A DNA stretch of 64,000 nucleotides from Octopus bimaculoides (lineage: Eukaryota), in assembly GCF_001194135.2 (NCBI RefSeq), contig NC_068995.1, positions 1,341,437 through 1,405,436 of the forward strand, given 5' to 3'. A program made the position numbers and the translations under genes. Shown one piece after another: positions 10,200-22,900 of the stretch. Numbering within the stretch: the stretch's first letter is position 1; the number at the start of each line of letters is the position of its first letter. A model generated the notes under the pieces. It saw nothing but the letters and a program-made list of their open reading frames with translations, was not told the DNA's origin and made no database searches.

Positions 10200-13100
10200 G
10201 TAAATAATTTTAACGAATAATTAAAAGGCAAAAAATAAAGGAAAAAAAATGTAAATATATATATATAATATAAAATAATAATGATAATGTATTTTAAGCT
10301 ATGAAATGTATTTTCATGCCTGTATTACATTAGACTGACATTAAACAGATAATAATAATAATAATAATAATTGATCAACAATTGTTGATAAAATATTAAA
10401 GTAGAAAGTTTGATACAATATTTTTAACCTGTTTTTTAAATGCTTTTCCAATTTTTTGCTTGTTTTCTTTATCGATTTTATCTTTTTAACATGGAAATAT
10501 AGGAAGTGTGTATATTATATATATATATATATTTGTGTGTGTTGGGTGTATAATTTCTACGTATTTACAAGTATTTATAGACTCGTGTGAACCAGCTGAA
10601 AAAATAGCGGTGAGAACGTAAGCAACTAACGATTATAATGAGGATAACAAAAGAACATTAATGATAATAATAAAATTAATAATAATGATTTTTTTTTTGT
10701 ATGTTGGCTTGTAGCATCATATTTAGAGTAGAGGGATATTGGTTGTTGTGGTGGCTGTCATGCCTTTACCAAAGGCAAGTGGTGATGTCATATGAGAACC
10801 ATTCTTAATAGAATTGAAAACAGTATATCACCGTCATTGCAACTAATAATAATAATAATATTGGTTTCAAATTTTGGCACAAGGCCAGCAATTTTAGGGG
10901 AAGATTACACTGACCCCCAAAAAATGAAAGGCAAAGTTGACCTCAGCAGCATTTGAACACAGAGTGTAAACATAGGTGAAATGCCACTAAGCACTTTTTG
11001 CCCAGCGTGCTAACGATTCTGCCAGCTCACCACCTTAATAATAATAATTTCAAATTTTGACCCAAGGCCAGCAATTTTGAGGGGACGGGATAAATTGGCA
11101 TCATGAAATCCAGTACTTGACAAGCATTTTATTTTAATGAAACCGAAAGGACAAAAGGCAAAGCTGGCCAAAGCAAGATTTGAACTTAGAATGTAAAGAT
11201 CTGCCTGGTATACTAATGGTTCTGTCACTTCACTGCCTTGATAATGATGATGATTCTTTCAACTATTATAGGCACCTGGCCTGAAATTTTGATGGCTGAG
11301 GCTGGCCAGTTACACTGACCCCCACTTCTTTGGACTCAGAACATAGGGGACAAATTGCTTAGTATTTTTTTTTCCTTGGCACAGCAAATGATTCTGCCTT
11401 CATAATAATAATGTTTCCAGTCGAGGCATGAGGTCAGCAGTTTTTGTGGGGATAGGTTTAGTCAATACCACTTGGGAGCTCCCTTATTTCATTGACTCTT
11501 CCCATCCTTGAGATGGTCGGCAAAGTCGACACCGGTGAGATATCAACCTGGAAGACACACCACACAACGTGTTTATTCTGTTTTGCTAATAATTCTACCA
11601 GGTTGCCACCTTTTAATAAAACTAAACTAGATTGACCCCACCCCATACACAGCCCCTGGTAGAGATATACTTAGATTTAGGTCGATCGAGAGGCCCAGGA
11701 ATCATAAGACTGCAGTCTATGGTTTTTAAGTGACTGAGGTGACAACACTTCCCCAACCCCTGGATGGGATGATAGTCCCTCACATGGTTAATTTCCCAGC
11801 CATTGCTGTAACTCATATTTTACAACAGAATAAACTGGAACAAAATGAAATGCTTTGCTGAATGTCACAACGCACCACCTAGTCAAGGAATTGAAACAAC
11901 AATCTGACAGTCATGAGTACAATGCCCTTAGCCACCAGGCCACGCTCTTTCCACTAGGTGAAGAGAAAATTTTCTTTAATAATAGTTAAAAAAACAATTG
12001 AAATATCATCTCCATGCTGGAATGAAGAATACGGTTAGCAATGACATACCCTCTACCATTGTGTGTGAAGAAGTATTGGTGACAGGATCAAATCCAGCCA
12101 TGGCATGAAAAAAGGAAGCTCTTCTTTATCATCATCATCATCATCATCATTTAAGTAGAGAATTAGCAGAGTCATAAGACTGTCCTGTGATATGGCACTG
12201 AGTTCAAATCCTGCAAACGTCAACTTTGCCTTTCATCAGTTCTGAGGTCAATATTGATAAAGTACCAGTAAAGTACGTGTGTGTGTGTGTGTGGGGGGGG
12301 GAAGCTATCAACTTAATGTCAAAATTATAAGCTTTGTGTATAAATCTGAAACCATTATTATTATTATTATTATTATTAAGGGGGGTAAATTTGCTGAGTT
12401 GACAGAGGGATGGAAAGTGTTTTGTGATATTAGCACTGGTTCAAATCCTGCCAAAGTCACTTTTGTCTTTTAATCTTCCGAGGATAATAAAGTACCAGTC
12501 ATGTAATGGGGTCCATATAATTCACTGCCCCCCCCCTCCCCTAATTTCTGGTTTTGCACTTATATTAGAAATTATTATGACTTAACTGGCACAAGACCCC
12601 CACCTGCCAAATGTCAGGCAGAGGAGGAGTAGGGGTGCAGTTGATTATATTGGTCCCTAGTATTTCACTGCTATTTTTTTTTTTATCAGAAAGTACTTAA
12701 GACAGTTGCCCTAGGTAAATTTGGAACTCTGAATGTTCAGCTCTGAAGCACCCAAGTGTGCAGCTGCTATTATTTGTGATGCACTCATCAAAATATTTGC
12801 TGCTGCTTTTAATTTACCAACATATGCTTCATAAAATGCATTTAAACTTGGAATGACATGTCCTGGCTTTCAGTTAAAACGATTTTTGCTCAAAGCACCC
12901 AAGGTTCCTCTCAGTAGTTGGACATAGCCTCACTCACTCTGGATTGGACCTGCCCAGTCGAGTTATATTGGTGTAAGTTTATTGACAGAAGTTGTCATAG
13001 CAACCCATTTGTGTGTGTGTGTTCATGCTGTGTTAAAAACTGAGGTAAGGGTCTGCTGGTATCTCTAGGAGTAAAAGCGAAAAGAAAAAGGGGAGGGTTT

Positions 13101-14659
13101 TATGTTTTATATCACAGCGAATCAAATTGTGAGGAAACTGTGACATTGAAGAATAAGAGGTTGGCTGAGGAATTTTGGTGGAACAATCAGGAGATGAGAC
13201 CTTAGCAACAGAAATACATACTGTCAGCATCATCATCGTTTTAACATCCACTTTTCCATGCTTGCATGGGTTAGATGGAGTTTAATGGGGCAGATTTTTT
13301 CCTATTGCTGGATGCCTTTCCTGTCACCAACCCTCACCTGTTTCCATTCGACATATTTCCTCATGACCAGACAGACTTCCATGGCAAATTGGAAATGAAT
13401 GACACTGCCTCTGTTATAATGACACTTATTTACAATTATCAAGAGAACGAAACACACACAAAAAAACCCCCCTTTGTTTCTGTCTTTCAAATCCACTCAC
13501 AAGGATTTTGTCAGTCTGGAACTATACAGAAGATACTTGCCCAAGGTACCATGCAGTGGGACTGAACCTGACACCATGTGGTTGGGAAGTAAACATCTAA
13601 TAGCCATGTCTGCTAGAGTGCTATAGAGAAAGGAATGAAGTTAAGGGGTTTCCACTCTTAAACTGTCCCATCCCAAGAATTACATAGAAAGGATTAATTC
13701 CGACAATTAAAATACAGTGAGCTCGTTAGTGTGTGTTGCTCCACCAATTCTGCTGATCCATCAGGTGATTGGTGTTTTTAGGGTCACTTTTGTCCTGCTC
13801 TTTTCTTGTGGCAGACATTTTTGAGTTTTAAAACTAAATTACTGCAACAACCAAAATAGAACAAATGAACTAAAGTAAAAATTAAAAAAACAAACAAAAA
13901 AGTGTGCGTTTGTATACTGGTGTGTGTATATTTGTGTGTGAGTATATATACATATAAAAGAAGTAAATAAATATAATGTGGGAAATGTGTATACTACAAA
14001 TGCAATTTTACAAATGTGAATATTGATGGTTGACCAGAAGGGTCGAAATTCAATTAGCTGTATCCCAACATATGACTGGTACTTGTTATTTTCACCATTC
14101 CATTTCAATAGAATAAAAAGGTAACTTAAGCTGAATTTGAACTCAAAGCTTTCATGAACCTAACAAAAAAATACTGACATCCCTTTCTGACATTCCCATT
14201 TTTGTTTTCGTAATCATAAAGCTTTCAAATTCTTGCACAAGGCCGTCAATTTGAAGGGGGGGGGATTGACGACATTGACCCCAGTGCCCAGCTGGTCCTT
14301 ATTTCCTCAGCCATGAAAGGATTAAACTCAAAATATAAAACATCAAAATGCTGTCAAGTATTTATTCTAACTTAACTGAACCAGTTCACTGTCTTTTTAA
14401 TAATAATAATAATAATAATAATTTTCTGATTTAAGTACAGCACCCAGAGTTTTGAAGTGAGGGGACCAGTGGATAAAAATCACCCCCCAGGGCTTTATTT
14501 CATTGAATCCCTGAAATGATGAATTTTTTTCTAATGATAATAATGGTGATGATTTTGTAGAGGCAGGAGAGAAGTGAAGCAGTGATGTTCATGCCTTGGT
14601 TTTAGATCTTTAGCAACATAAACAAACGTGAAAAAATATGAGTAAGATAAGATACATAA

Positions 14660-14738
14660 ATTTTTTTGTGCAGGGGTTCCTTGAGACATGTAATTTATTT
14701 TAAGGGCTATGCTTAGGTAAAAAGGTTGAGAAACACTG
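14660..14738 (+). mobile_element. 3' end of a hAT/Charlie-type DNA transposon or MITE
   Basis: TIR-like ggttgagaaacactg (14724-14738) followed by the 8-mer ctctatag, typical of Charlie target sites. The 5' end was not found. Confidence 0.55.
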
Positions 14739-16237
14739 CTCTATAGCAATAATAATCCTTTCTACTATTGGTAGGAGGCCCCTGAAATTTTAGGGGAGGG
14801 AGCTAGCTGATTACACTGACCCCAGTACTCAACTGGTATTTATTTAATCGACTCTGAAAGGATGACAGGCAAAGTTTGACCTCAGTGAAATTCAAACTCA
14901 GAATGTAAAGTTAGAAGAAACGCCACTTTGCATTTTTTTCTGGCATGCTAACGGTTCTGCCAGTTTAATGCCTTAACGATATAAAAAAAAAACAATAAAA
15001 TAAGGCAATATTTGATATATTAAATATACATTAGCCATGTTTCTGAAATTAAAGAGAAAATAAAGGCTATAAAAAAGAAAACCCGATATGTCATAAACTG
15101 TGTTTAAAGTGGAGGTGGGAGGAAGGAGTGGTTAGCTGTGTGTTGGAGAGAGTTGGGGGTGTGGTGAATGGCTGGTGAGGTTGTTCCCTCCCACAGACAC
15201 GCCCACTATGACACACCCATTATAACAACCAAAAAATCCCTCCTCTGACTTTTTTAAAAAAAAATGTAAAAAAAAAAAAGAAATAAAAACAAAAATACTC
15301 AACAAAATTTAAAACAACAAAAATAAATTTGGTATTTTCCAAAATTAATATATAACTGTTTTCCACAGTGGAAAATATTGTAATGTTTTTCCACTGGAAA
15401 TTTTATGCTTAAGTTCTGTGAGATGGAATAAGTATTGTGGTTGCTGAAGATTTTGTCTGCAAAATTTGATGAAATTTTCCTCTGGAAGAACCAACCAGTT
15501 CCCACAGCTTAAAAATAACCAAGAACTTAATTTCTTTGTTCAATATAGTGTAGTGGTGGTTGTTGTTGTTGCTTTTGCTGTGTATTCCTATAAATTGTGT
15601 AAAGTGAAGTGAAAGACCTTCGTCTTTGGTGACATGATAATAATAATAATGATAGTAATAACAATAATGATTTATTAGTGAGGCATGAGGCCAATTGTTT
15701 GAGGCAAGTGGTGGGGTGGAAGGAGGTATAATTGATTGAAAGAACCCCAGTACATTACTGGTATTTTAGCTTATTGATCCTCCCTCACTCTTCCGCCACC
15801 TGGAGTGATAAAAGGCAAAGTCGACCTCATTGAGATCTGATATCAGAATGTAGATGGAGGGGTAAAAAATAAATCTAAATACCATGAAGCAGCATTTAGT
15901 CTGGTGCCTTACCGTTTCTGCAAACTCACTGTCTTTGTGCTAATAATAATAATAATAATAATAGTAGTAGTAGTAATACTGATTATTTCTAATGTAGGCC
16001 CAAGGCTAGATTTTGAAAGTTGGTGTGGGTCATTAAATCTGCATCTCAGTATTTAATAAGTAATTGATTGTATCGACCTTGGAAAGAGGAAAAAAAGTTG
16101 ACAGTGGTGTGTGGTTTGATCTCATAACGTTAAGGGACATTGCTACAGATTCTGTCACCCAGCATCCTTGTGATAAGAACTGTTTTATAGAATTGTTTGT
16201 TCAGTTTGTTTTGATCATGGGTGAGTTGCTTTACGGT

Positions 16238-18423
16238 TCATTTGGTTTTAATTCTGGTTCGCAGACACCGACGTGCTTCCATGATATCACGTGGCATGCT
16301 GCGGATGTAGTTCCTTCTTTCTGGGGAAGGGCTCTTTGGTCGTTTTGGCACACTGGGAGCGTCCAGTATCAGACCACGTCGCAGCGAATAGGCATGGTCA
16401 GTGGGCGGTAGGGGCAGCTGTTGGGACAGAGGTGGGTCTTTGGGTGTGGAAACAATGTGGATTTTTGGGACATGTAAAGCTAAGTGTGAGTCTGAAGTCT
16501 CTGAGACAGATAAAGGGGGAACAGAGAGGGAACGGACAGAGCTGGAAGCGGCTTTCTGGCTTTTTAATGTTTGTATGTGAGGTGAGTGAATATCTCTGGA
16601 AATGCTCTCTCGGCCGCTGTCCTTGGACAAATCTATCACTTCATCGTTTATAGAATAGTCAGAATTGGTCATCAACTCGTGACGTATTTTCTTTGGAGAG
16701 TCAAGAGAACCAACACTGGCTGGAGTTGGTGGACGTTTTACATTGGTCATCTCTGACTGTAACAAGTGTGAGTCACTCTTGATGGACAAGACAGAGCTTG
16801 GCCGGGGCAAAAAGTTGCTTTTGCTTGGCGTCTGGAACGATGCACATGTGACACACTCTTTTGGAACATTTTTACCAACTGTCGTTGCTATGCGGCTGCG
16901 CATCTGCACCGTCATCTCCATACTGTTGCTGCTGCTGATGCTGCTGCTGCTGCTTCGGTTGCCGTTCATGTTGTAGTTCTGGCTCAGACTGAGATGTTCT
17001 GTGAGATTCCGAGGTTTGACATCTTCACATTCCGAAGACGTTTCCTCTTCCTTCCCGCTACTGTTGTTGTTGTTGTTGGTCGTCGTCGTCGTCGTCGTCG
17101 TCGTCGAGGTGCTGGACGTCTGCTTCAATAACTTCTCAATCTGTTCTGCTTTCATTGGTACCGGAATAGGGATTGGTACCGGAAACGGTAGAGGGATGAG
17201 GAAAGGAAAAGGGATAATAACTGTCTGAGGAGGGATACCTAAGGATGTCCAGTTAGGGGCCGGCATTGGGAAAGTAGGCATAGTGGGGTTTGGGCCAGGG
17301 GCAGTGTTAGTGTCACCTGACTGGGTCATCTGGGGTGGAGGAAAGGGCATCATGGGGTATCCGGGTGGCCACATTGGGGGTAGGAAGTGGTGAGTTCTAG
17401 GAATTGTTGAAGCTTTGTTTGATGTGTTAGGGACCACATTAGGGCTCTGAGAGTGTGTCTGAGGGATATCGGGGGAAGCAGAGGCATTTGGTGTGATAGA
17501 CGGACCAGGTGTTGAAGAGGCGTTGCTGACGTGGCGACTGTGAGGTCGAGAGGTTTCAGGTATGGGTGGGGCAGCGGTACCTGGCATGATGGGAGTAAAT
17601 GGAGGATTAAAGACCCCTGGGTAAACCATTGGAGGAAATCCACCAAAAGCTGGATAACTCGGTCCAAGAGAGGCCATCATTTGTGCTTGGTGCCACCAGT
17701 TATTCATGGCTGCAGGTGTGGGAAACATGGGTGGGATTAGTTGTGCTGGTGGCTGAGGTGGACGCTTTGGTAAAGGGGTCACTGCCGGACTTGTTGTGTG
17801 GCTAGGAGGGTCTTTGTGAATCCGTTTAACTAATCTTTCTTTAAGGGACTTATCTACATTGAACTTCTCAGCGTGTTTATCATGTGAATTGGATGAAGCT
17901 GAACTTTCTGGATTGTCGAAATGACTGGACAGATTTTTATGCTTCTCAGTAGAGTCTTTTGCTTTACTAATGTTCCTAGCTTCGTCAGAAACTCTCAGCT
18001 TTTTACTGCGCCGTACAATGTCTTCTTGTAACCAGAGGTCTGGAGTGATGAGAATCTGTTTGTCATCAGGAACGCCATTAGAAGAGGAATTGGTGTCTAA
18101 AGATGACTGGATCTGTTGCAAATGTTCCTGAGTTTCTTGGCAGAAAATGTTCATCTTGTATTGATTGAGACATTTCTCACTACAAAACTGTAACTGCTGC
18201 TCCCCATCCTGGAAGTCGACGTAGTTCACTGTATGGCGGACATGCTTACACCAGTCACAAATCTTGTTTTTCTTGAATGATGCACGGCGGCACTGAGTGA
18301 AACAGACCTCGCTACAAAAGACTTTCGAACCATTCAATGTCTTTAGAGTGAACAACTTGAGACCGGGCTTCTGACACCAGGCACAGATAATGTAACCAGA
18401 TGGCAATTTCTCATTGTTGTAGG
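16238..18423 (-). CDS. SOBP: SOBP terminal coding exon (2186 nt): two FCS-type zinc fingers, Pro-rich region, PxPxP motif, C-terminal RRCLR tail
   Basis: Acceptor tttctttctttcAG (+ strand ct at 18424-18425), phase 1. Encodes CAWCQK...FCSEVCFTQCRRASFKKNKICDWCKHVRH...FQDGEQQLQFCSEKCLNQYKMNIF, PPQTVIIPFPFLIPLPFPVPIPIPVP and ...RRCLRTRIKTK*, all matching recalled SOBP hallmarks. TGA at 16238-16240. Confidence 0.96.
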
Positions 18424-18574
18424 CTGAAAGAAAGAAAAATTAAACATATCAGAAGAGTCAATGGAGTTTTGTTAAAATAAAAAACAAAGCACAAAAACAA
18501 TGCAATGTTGTTAACAAACAGAAACAAAATCTCCTCCTTCAAATTACTCTGGAAATTCAGGTTGGACAGGTCAA

Positions 18575-18704
18575 CAGTTGGACAAATCAACCCCAGGACT
18601 TATTCTTTGTAAGCCCAGTACTCTTTCTATCGGTCTTTTGCTGAAATGCCAAGTTACGGGGACGTAAACACACCAACATTGGTTGTCAAGTGATGGTGGT
18701 GGGG

Positions 18705-18782
<78 letters not shown>

Positions 18783-18935
18783 GATGGGCTTCTTTTCAGT
18801 TTCCGTCTATCAAATCCACTCACAAGGCTTTGGTCAGCCTGAGGCTATAGTAGAAGACACTTGCCCAATGTGCCACACAGTGGGACTGAACCTGGAACCA
18901 TGTGTTTGGGAAGCAAATTTCTTAACACACGGCCT
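18575..18935 (-). mobile_element. Family B SINE with internal (CA)n(TA)n tract, about 150 nt from the SOBP terminal-exon acceptor
   Basis: Reverse complement of the 54023-54402 element: cttttcagtttccgtct..caaatccactcacaaggctttggtc...gggactgaacc. Confidence 0.85.
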
Positions 18936-19724
18936 CACAGTTTACATCTATGAAATTCATTCACAAGACATTAGTTGGTCCATGGATATAGTAGAAGAGA
19001 CTTGGCCAAGGTGCCATGCAGTGGGACAGAACCTGAAACCACAAATATATATATGATGATGATGATGATGATTATAATATGATAGGAAAATGAGTTACAA
19101 AATGCTAGGACTAAAAAAATGAATTTCTGATATCTTGTGTCTCCATGAGTTTTCGAGAGACACAAACTCTGGGTCTGTGTTGAAATTGGACATCGAGTGT
19201 GTGCGGTGAGGTTGGTGGGGTGGTGCGTAAAGCCTGCATGGAGACCTGTCTCTGCAATCCAACACATTGAATCTATTTGTCTGGAGCCGAGTCTCAGATA
19301 TCAAAGACGAGGATATGTGACAGGAGGATAAAATGGATCAGGTTTCTCTGAGATTCTGTTCACAGGTCTGCAAATTACAGGAAGACTACGCAGTAGAATC
19401 GGTAAGTCGGTCGGTGAGGTTGCTGTTGTGGGGGTGGCGCTAGTGTCAGTTCTCTATTACTATCACATTCGCTATACACTTACATGGAATCAAGAGCATA
19501 TCTCTACTAGACACAAATGTGTGTGTGTGTACACATATACATACACATATATCCATTATATATATACACATCTAATACTAATATAGTTATATAACAAAAT
19601 ATATATATGTATGATAGATATAAACATACATATACTCACGCATGTGATATGATATATAATGCAAATTTATAATGTAATTTAAAAATTATAGATGTATATA
19701 TATATATATATAAATGCATACGCT

Positions 19725-19755
<31 letters not shown>

Positions 19756-19852
19756 TGAGTATATGCATATAAAGCTATATTTTAAATGTGTTTCTGATCA
19801 TGAGTGTGTATTTATGAAGAAGCAACAAGTGTTAAAATGATGTGTGTGTGTG

Positions 19853-19917
<65 letters not shown>

Positions 19918-22900
19918 TACATACATTTATAATTACACACATTCATATGCCTCTCTGTGTGTGTGTGTGTGTGCATATTAATGTGTGTGTATTTATTTAC
20001 ATATCTTCACTTGATACTGTTGCACCCCCTGCCCTCCCCGTCTCCATTAATCCAGTGACCCTTCACCGGTGAAGGTCACATCCTTCACCCCCACCCCGCT
20101 ACCAATGAGGGCGTCAACAATACACTTGAGTTGATTTCTTCTCAATTGCAAACAGCATTTCAAGGGTTAATACCTACCCCACCCCCTCACACCCACCCAC
20201 CCACCTCTCTCTAACTCGCATCTCTTCCTCTCTCAAATATTTTTTGGCAATTTTATACACACACACACTTGTATACATACACACATATATACATATACAC
20301 ACATTATATATATGTATAACACTTACATATGAACTACAGTTACATAATTTGGTGACTTGGTAGAATTGTTAGAGAGCTGGACAAAATACCTGGTGGTATT
20401 TGTTCTAGCTGCCTGCACTCTAAGTTCAATTCTCACCAGCGTCAACTTTTGGTGTTGGTGAAAACAAGAGCAAAAACCCCAAAGACCCCCCCAAGCCCTG
20501 GGCTGTGGATTGCCACAACTATAAGAATATGGGATCTGAATCCTTGTGTTGTTTGTTCCACTTCTTTGATCCCACCAACTCCTACTTGGGTGATGGAGGA
20601 TTTAATCCATCGCTTGCTTTAACAGTGCCACCTGGTGGTGCCTCAGGTGCCACCAAGTGAAATCCCTTCTGTTCTAAATATTAAGGCCACATCTCAAATT
20701 TGAAGAATATCTTCTTCCTTCCCAGCAGTCTTGGGTTTTGGTTAAGGAAGCCTTAGAAAGGCTCAGGAGTTCTGCCCTCCCTCCTCATTAAAAGAGTTAA
20801 ATACACAAGTATATGGCTTACTGGAGATTTGAACTCAAGACCTTTCAATATCAGTCTGATACATTTCTAGGGGTGGGTTTTGTATTTTAGACAAAGGAGA
20901 AAGGATGATTGACACCAGTGACACCTTTAAATGATGAAAGGTGAAGTAGATTTTGGTGGGATTTGAAACTAGAATCTAACGAAACAAGAAGTACCACAAT
21001 CCATTGCTTGTGATGCTCTAACAACCCTGCTAGTCCAATGCCCAAACCCGAAGAATTTCATTAGTGGAATTGGATAAAGGGGAGGTCTATGAGGTGAGGA
21101 CCAGATTTGTATAATTCACTCCCTTTCTCTTGGCTTTGGTTTAACCCTTTCATTACTGCGTTTCTTTCAATTAATTTTAAATATAACAAAGAATTTAGTG
21201 TCCTTTATTTAAGAAGGTATATTTGCCTGCTATTTCTACCACATTGAATGACCACATAGAGACTCTTGATGGGGAAGCGTGAGGATTGTGGTTATGGTGA
21301 TGGTGGTGGTGGTTACCTCAGCCGAAGACACATCTGGTTTGACAAATACAAACCCCCCCACCCCACCCCCTCTACCTTCCTAAGATGTCTTACACATGGT
21401 AAAAAAAACTGGTGGAATGGTGCAGAATGAGATGGTGGGGTTGATGGAATCACTGGCTGTCTTTGTTGTTTGAAATGAAAATATGGAGTAAATTTAGATA
21501 AGTGAAATATGAGACCCGTCGACACCAACAACAATACAATGCTTGCTTGTGTGTGTGTGTGTGTGTATATTATACCTCTATGTGTATATATGTATGTGTG
21601 TGTGTCTGTGTATTACTTCTATCCGTATATATGTATTTGTGAGGTGCCGAACATAAGAAAATTTAATATTTATTTCAAATTAATTCAATTTTCATTTCAA
21701 ATTTTCTGCCAAATCCATGTCCAGTTTGAGTGGACAACAATCAGACCACTAGAGGGTCACTTGAGGTCCAAATGGCTTCAGCCCTGTTTGATGATAAAAA
21801 TGAAAATATCGAAAAGGATTTTCTCATTTAAACAAATGGTCCAATTCCAAAGTGTTTTGTTGTCATTTGTTTCCAAAGAAAGACTGGAGCTGCAGTCTTA
21901 TGTCTTGTAGGATGTTGTGTTTATGATATACTGTATAAATCTGTTAAAATGTGAAATTTTATATGGATTATTTTCACAGAATTAATGTTTTTCCATCAAA
22001 TTTGATAAATTATTTAGAGCAAAAACTTAAATCTACCCCAAAAGTAAACACTTGTATCTGGTTGTCTAGACAACACGGCTGATGGAGAATTTATTTTCTT
22101 TTGTTTTTCATGCTGCTGTGGCCCAAGAAAAAGCTGTCTGTGTGTCTTTTTCTTTTCTTTTTTTTTTCTGAAAAGAAAACAATGTAAAACTTGTCTGTCC
22201 ACTTGGCAATTTGATTGGTGTTGAGAAGAAGCAAGGAAATTCTATAAGCAGTTCAAAGAAATACTTCAATGCTGAGGTAGTTTCTTTATCAGGAAATAAT
22301 TCCATGTGAAAAAAAAAAAAATGAAATTAAATTAAACTGCGCATCCTGACACCAAATGTGGAATACTCTTTACAAAGAATCAACACTTGATGGAGTGAAA
22401 AAAACAAACAAAACATTTACAAAGGTTGTCTTGTAGAAAAAAAACACCAAAATGGTCCAGCACCAATTCTAAATGAGATTGAGTGTATTTTGTAGAAGAG
22501 TAACCAATGGAAATTTAGACCTACAAATTATATTTATGACAAAAGCAAATTGCATTAAGGGACAATCCCATTGTGGCACACCTTACTGAATGAAATCTGG
22601 TCACAACTGGATTCAATCCCCAACATGAGAAACTGACCGAAATTAAGGACAGCAAGTATTGATACTGAAGTAATCATCATTCAATGTCCACTTTTTTTTT
22701 ATGCTTGCATGGGTCAGACAGATTTTATTGAGGCAGAATTTCCATGGGGCAATGCCCTTCCTATTACCAATCCTCACCCGTTTCCAAAGAAGATATTTTC
22801 ACATGACCAGAAATGTTTTCACAGGAAATCAACAACCTCACTTATATAACAGTGGCACTCGTTTACAACTATCCCATGATATCAACACGACACAAATACA

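Noticed and set aside
16064-17740. + strand ORFs and a - strand alternative-frame ORF overlapping the SOBP exon
   Set aside because: They are shadow frames of a GC-richer coding exon with no independent evidence.
20820-20870. Superficial similarity to U2 snRNA or a tRNA
   Set aside because: Only a B-box-like fragment of a decayed SINE; no cloverleaf or U2 continuity.
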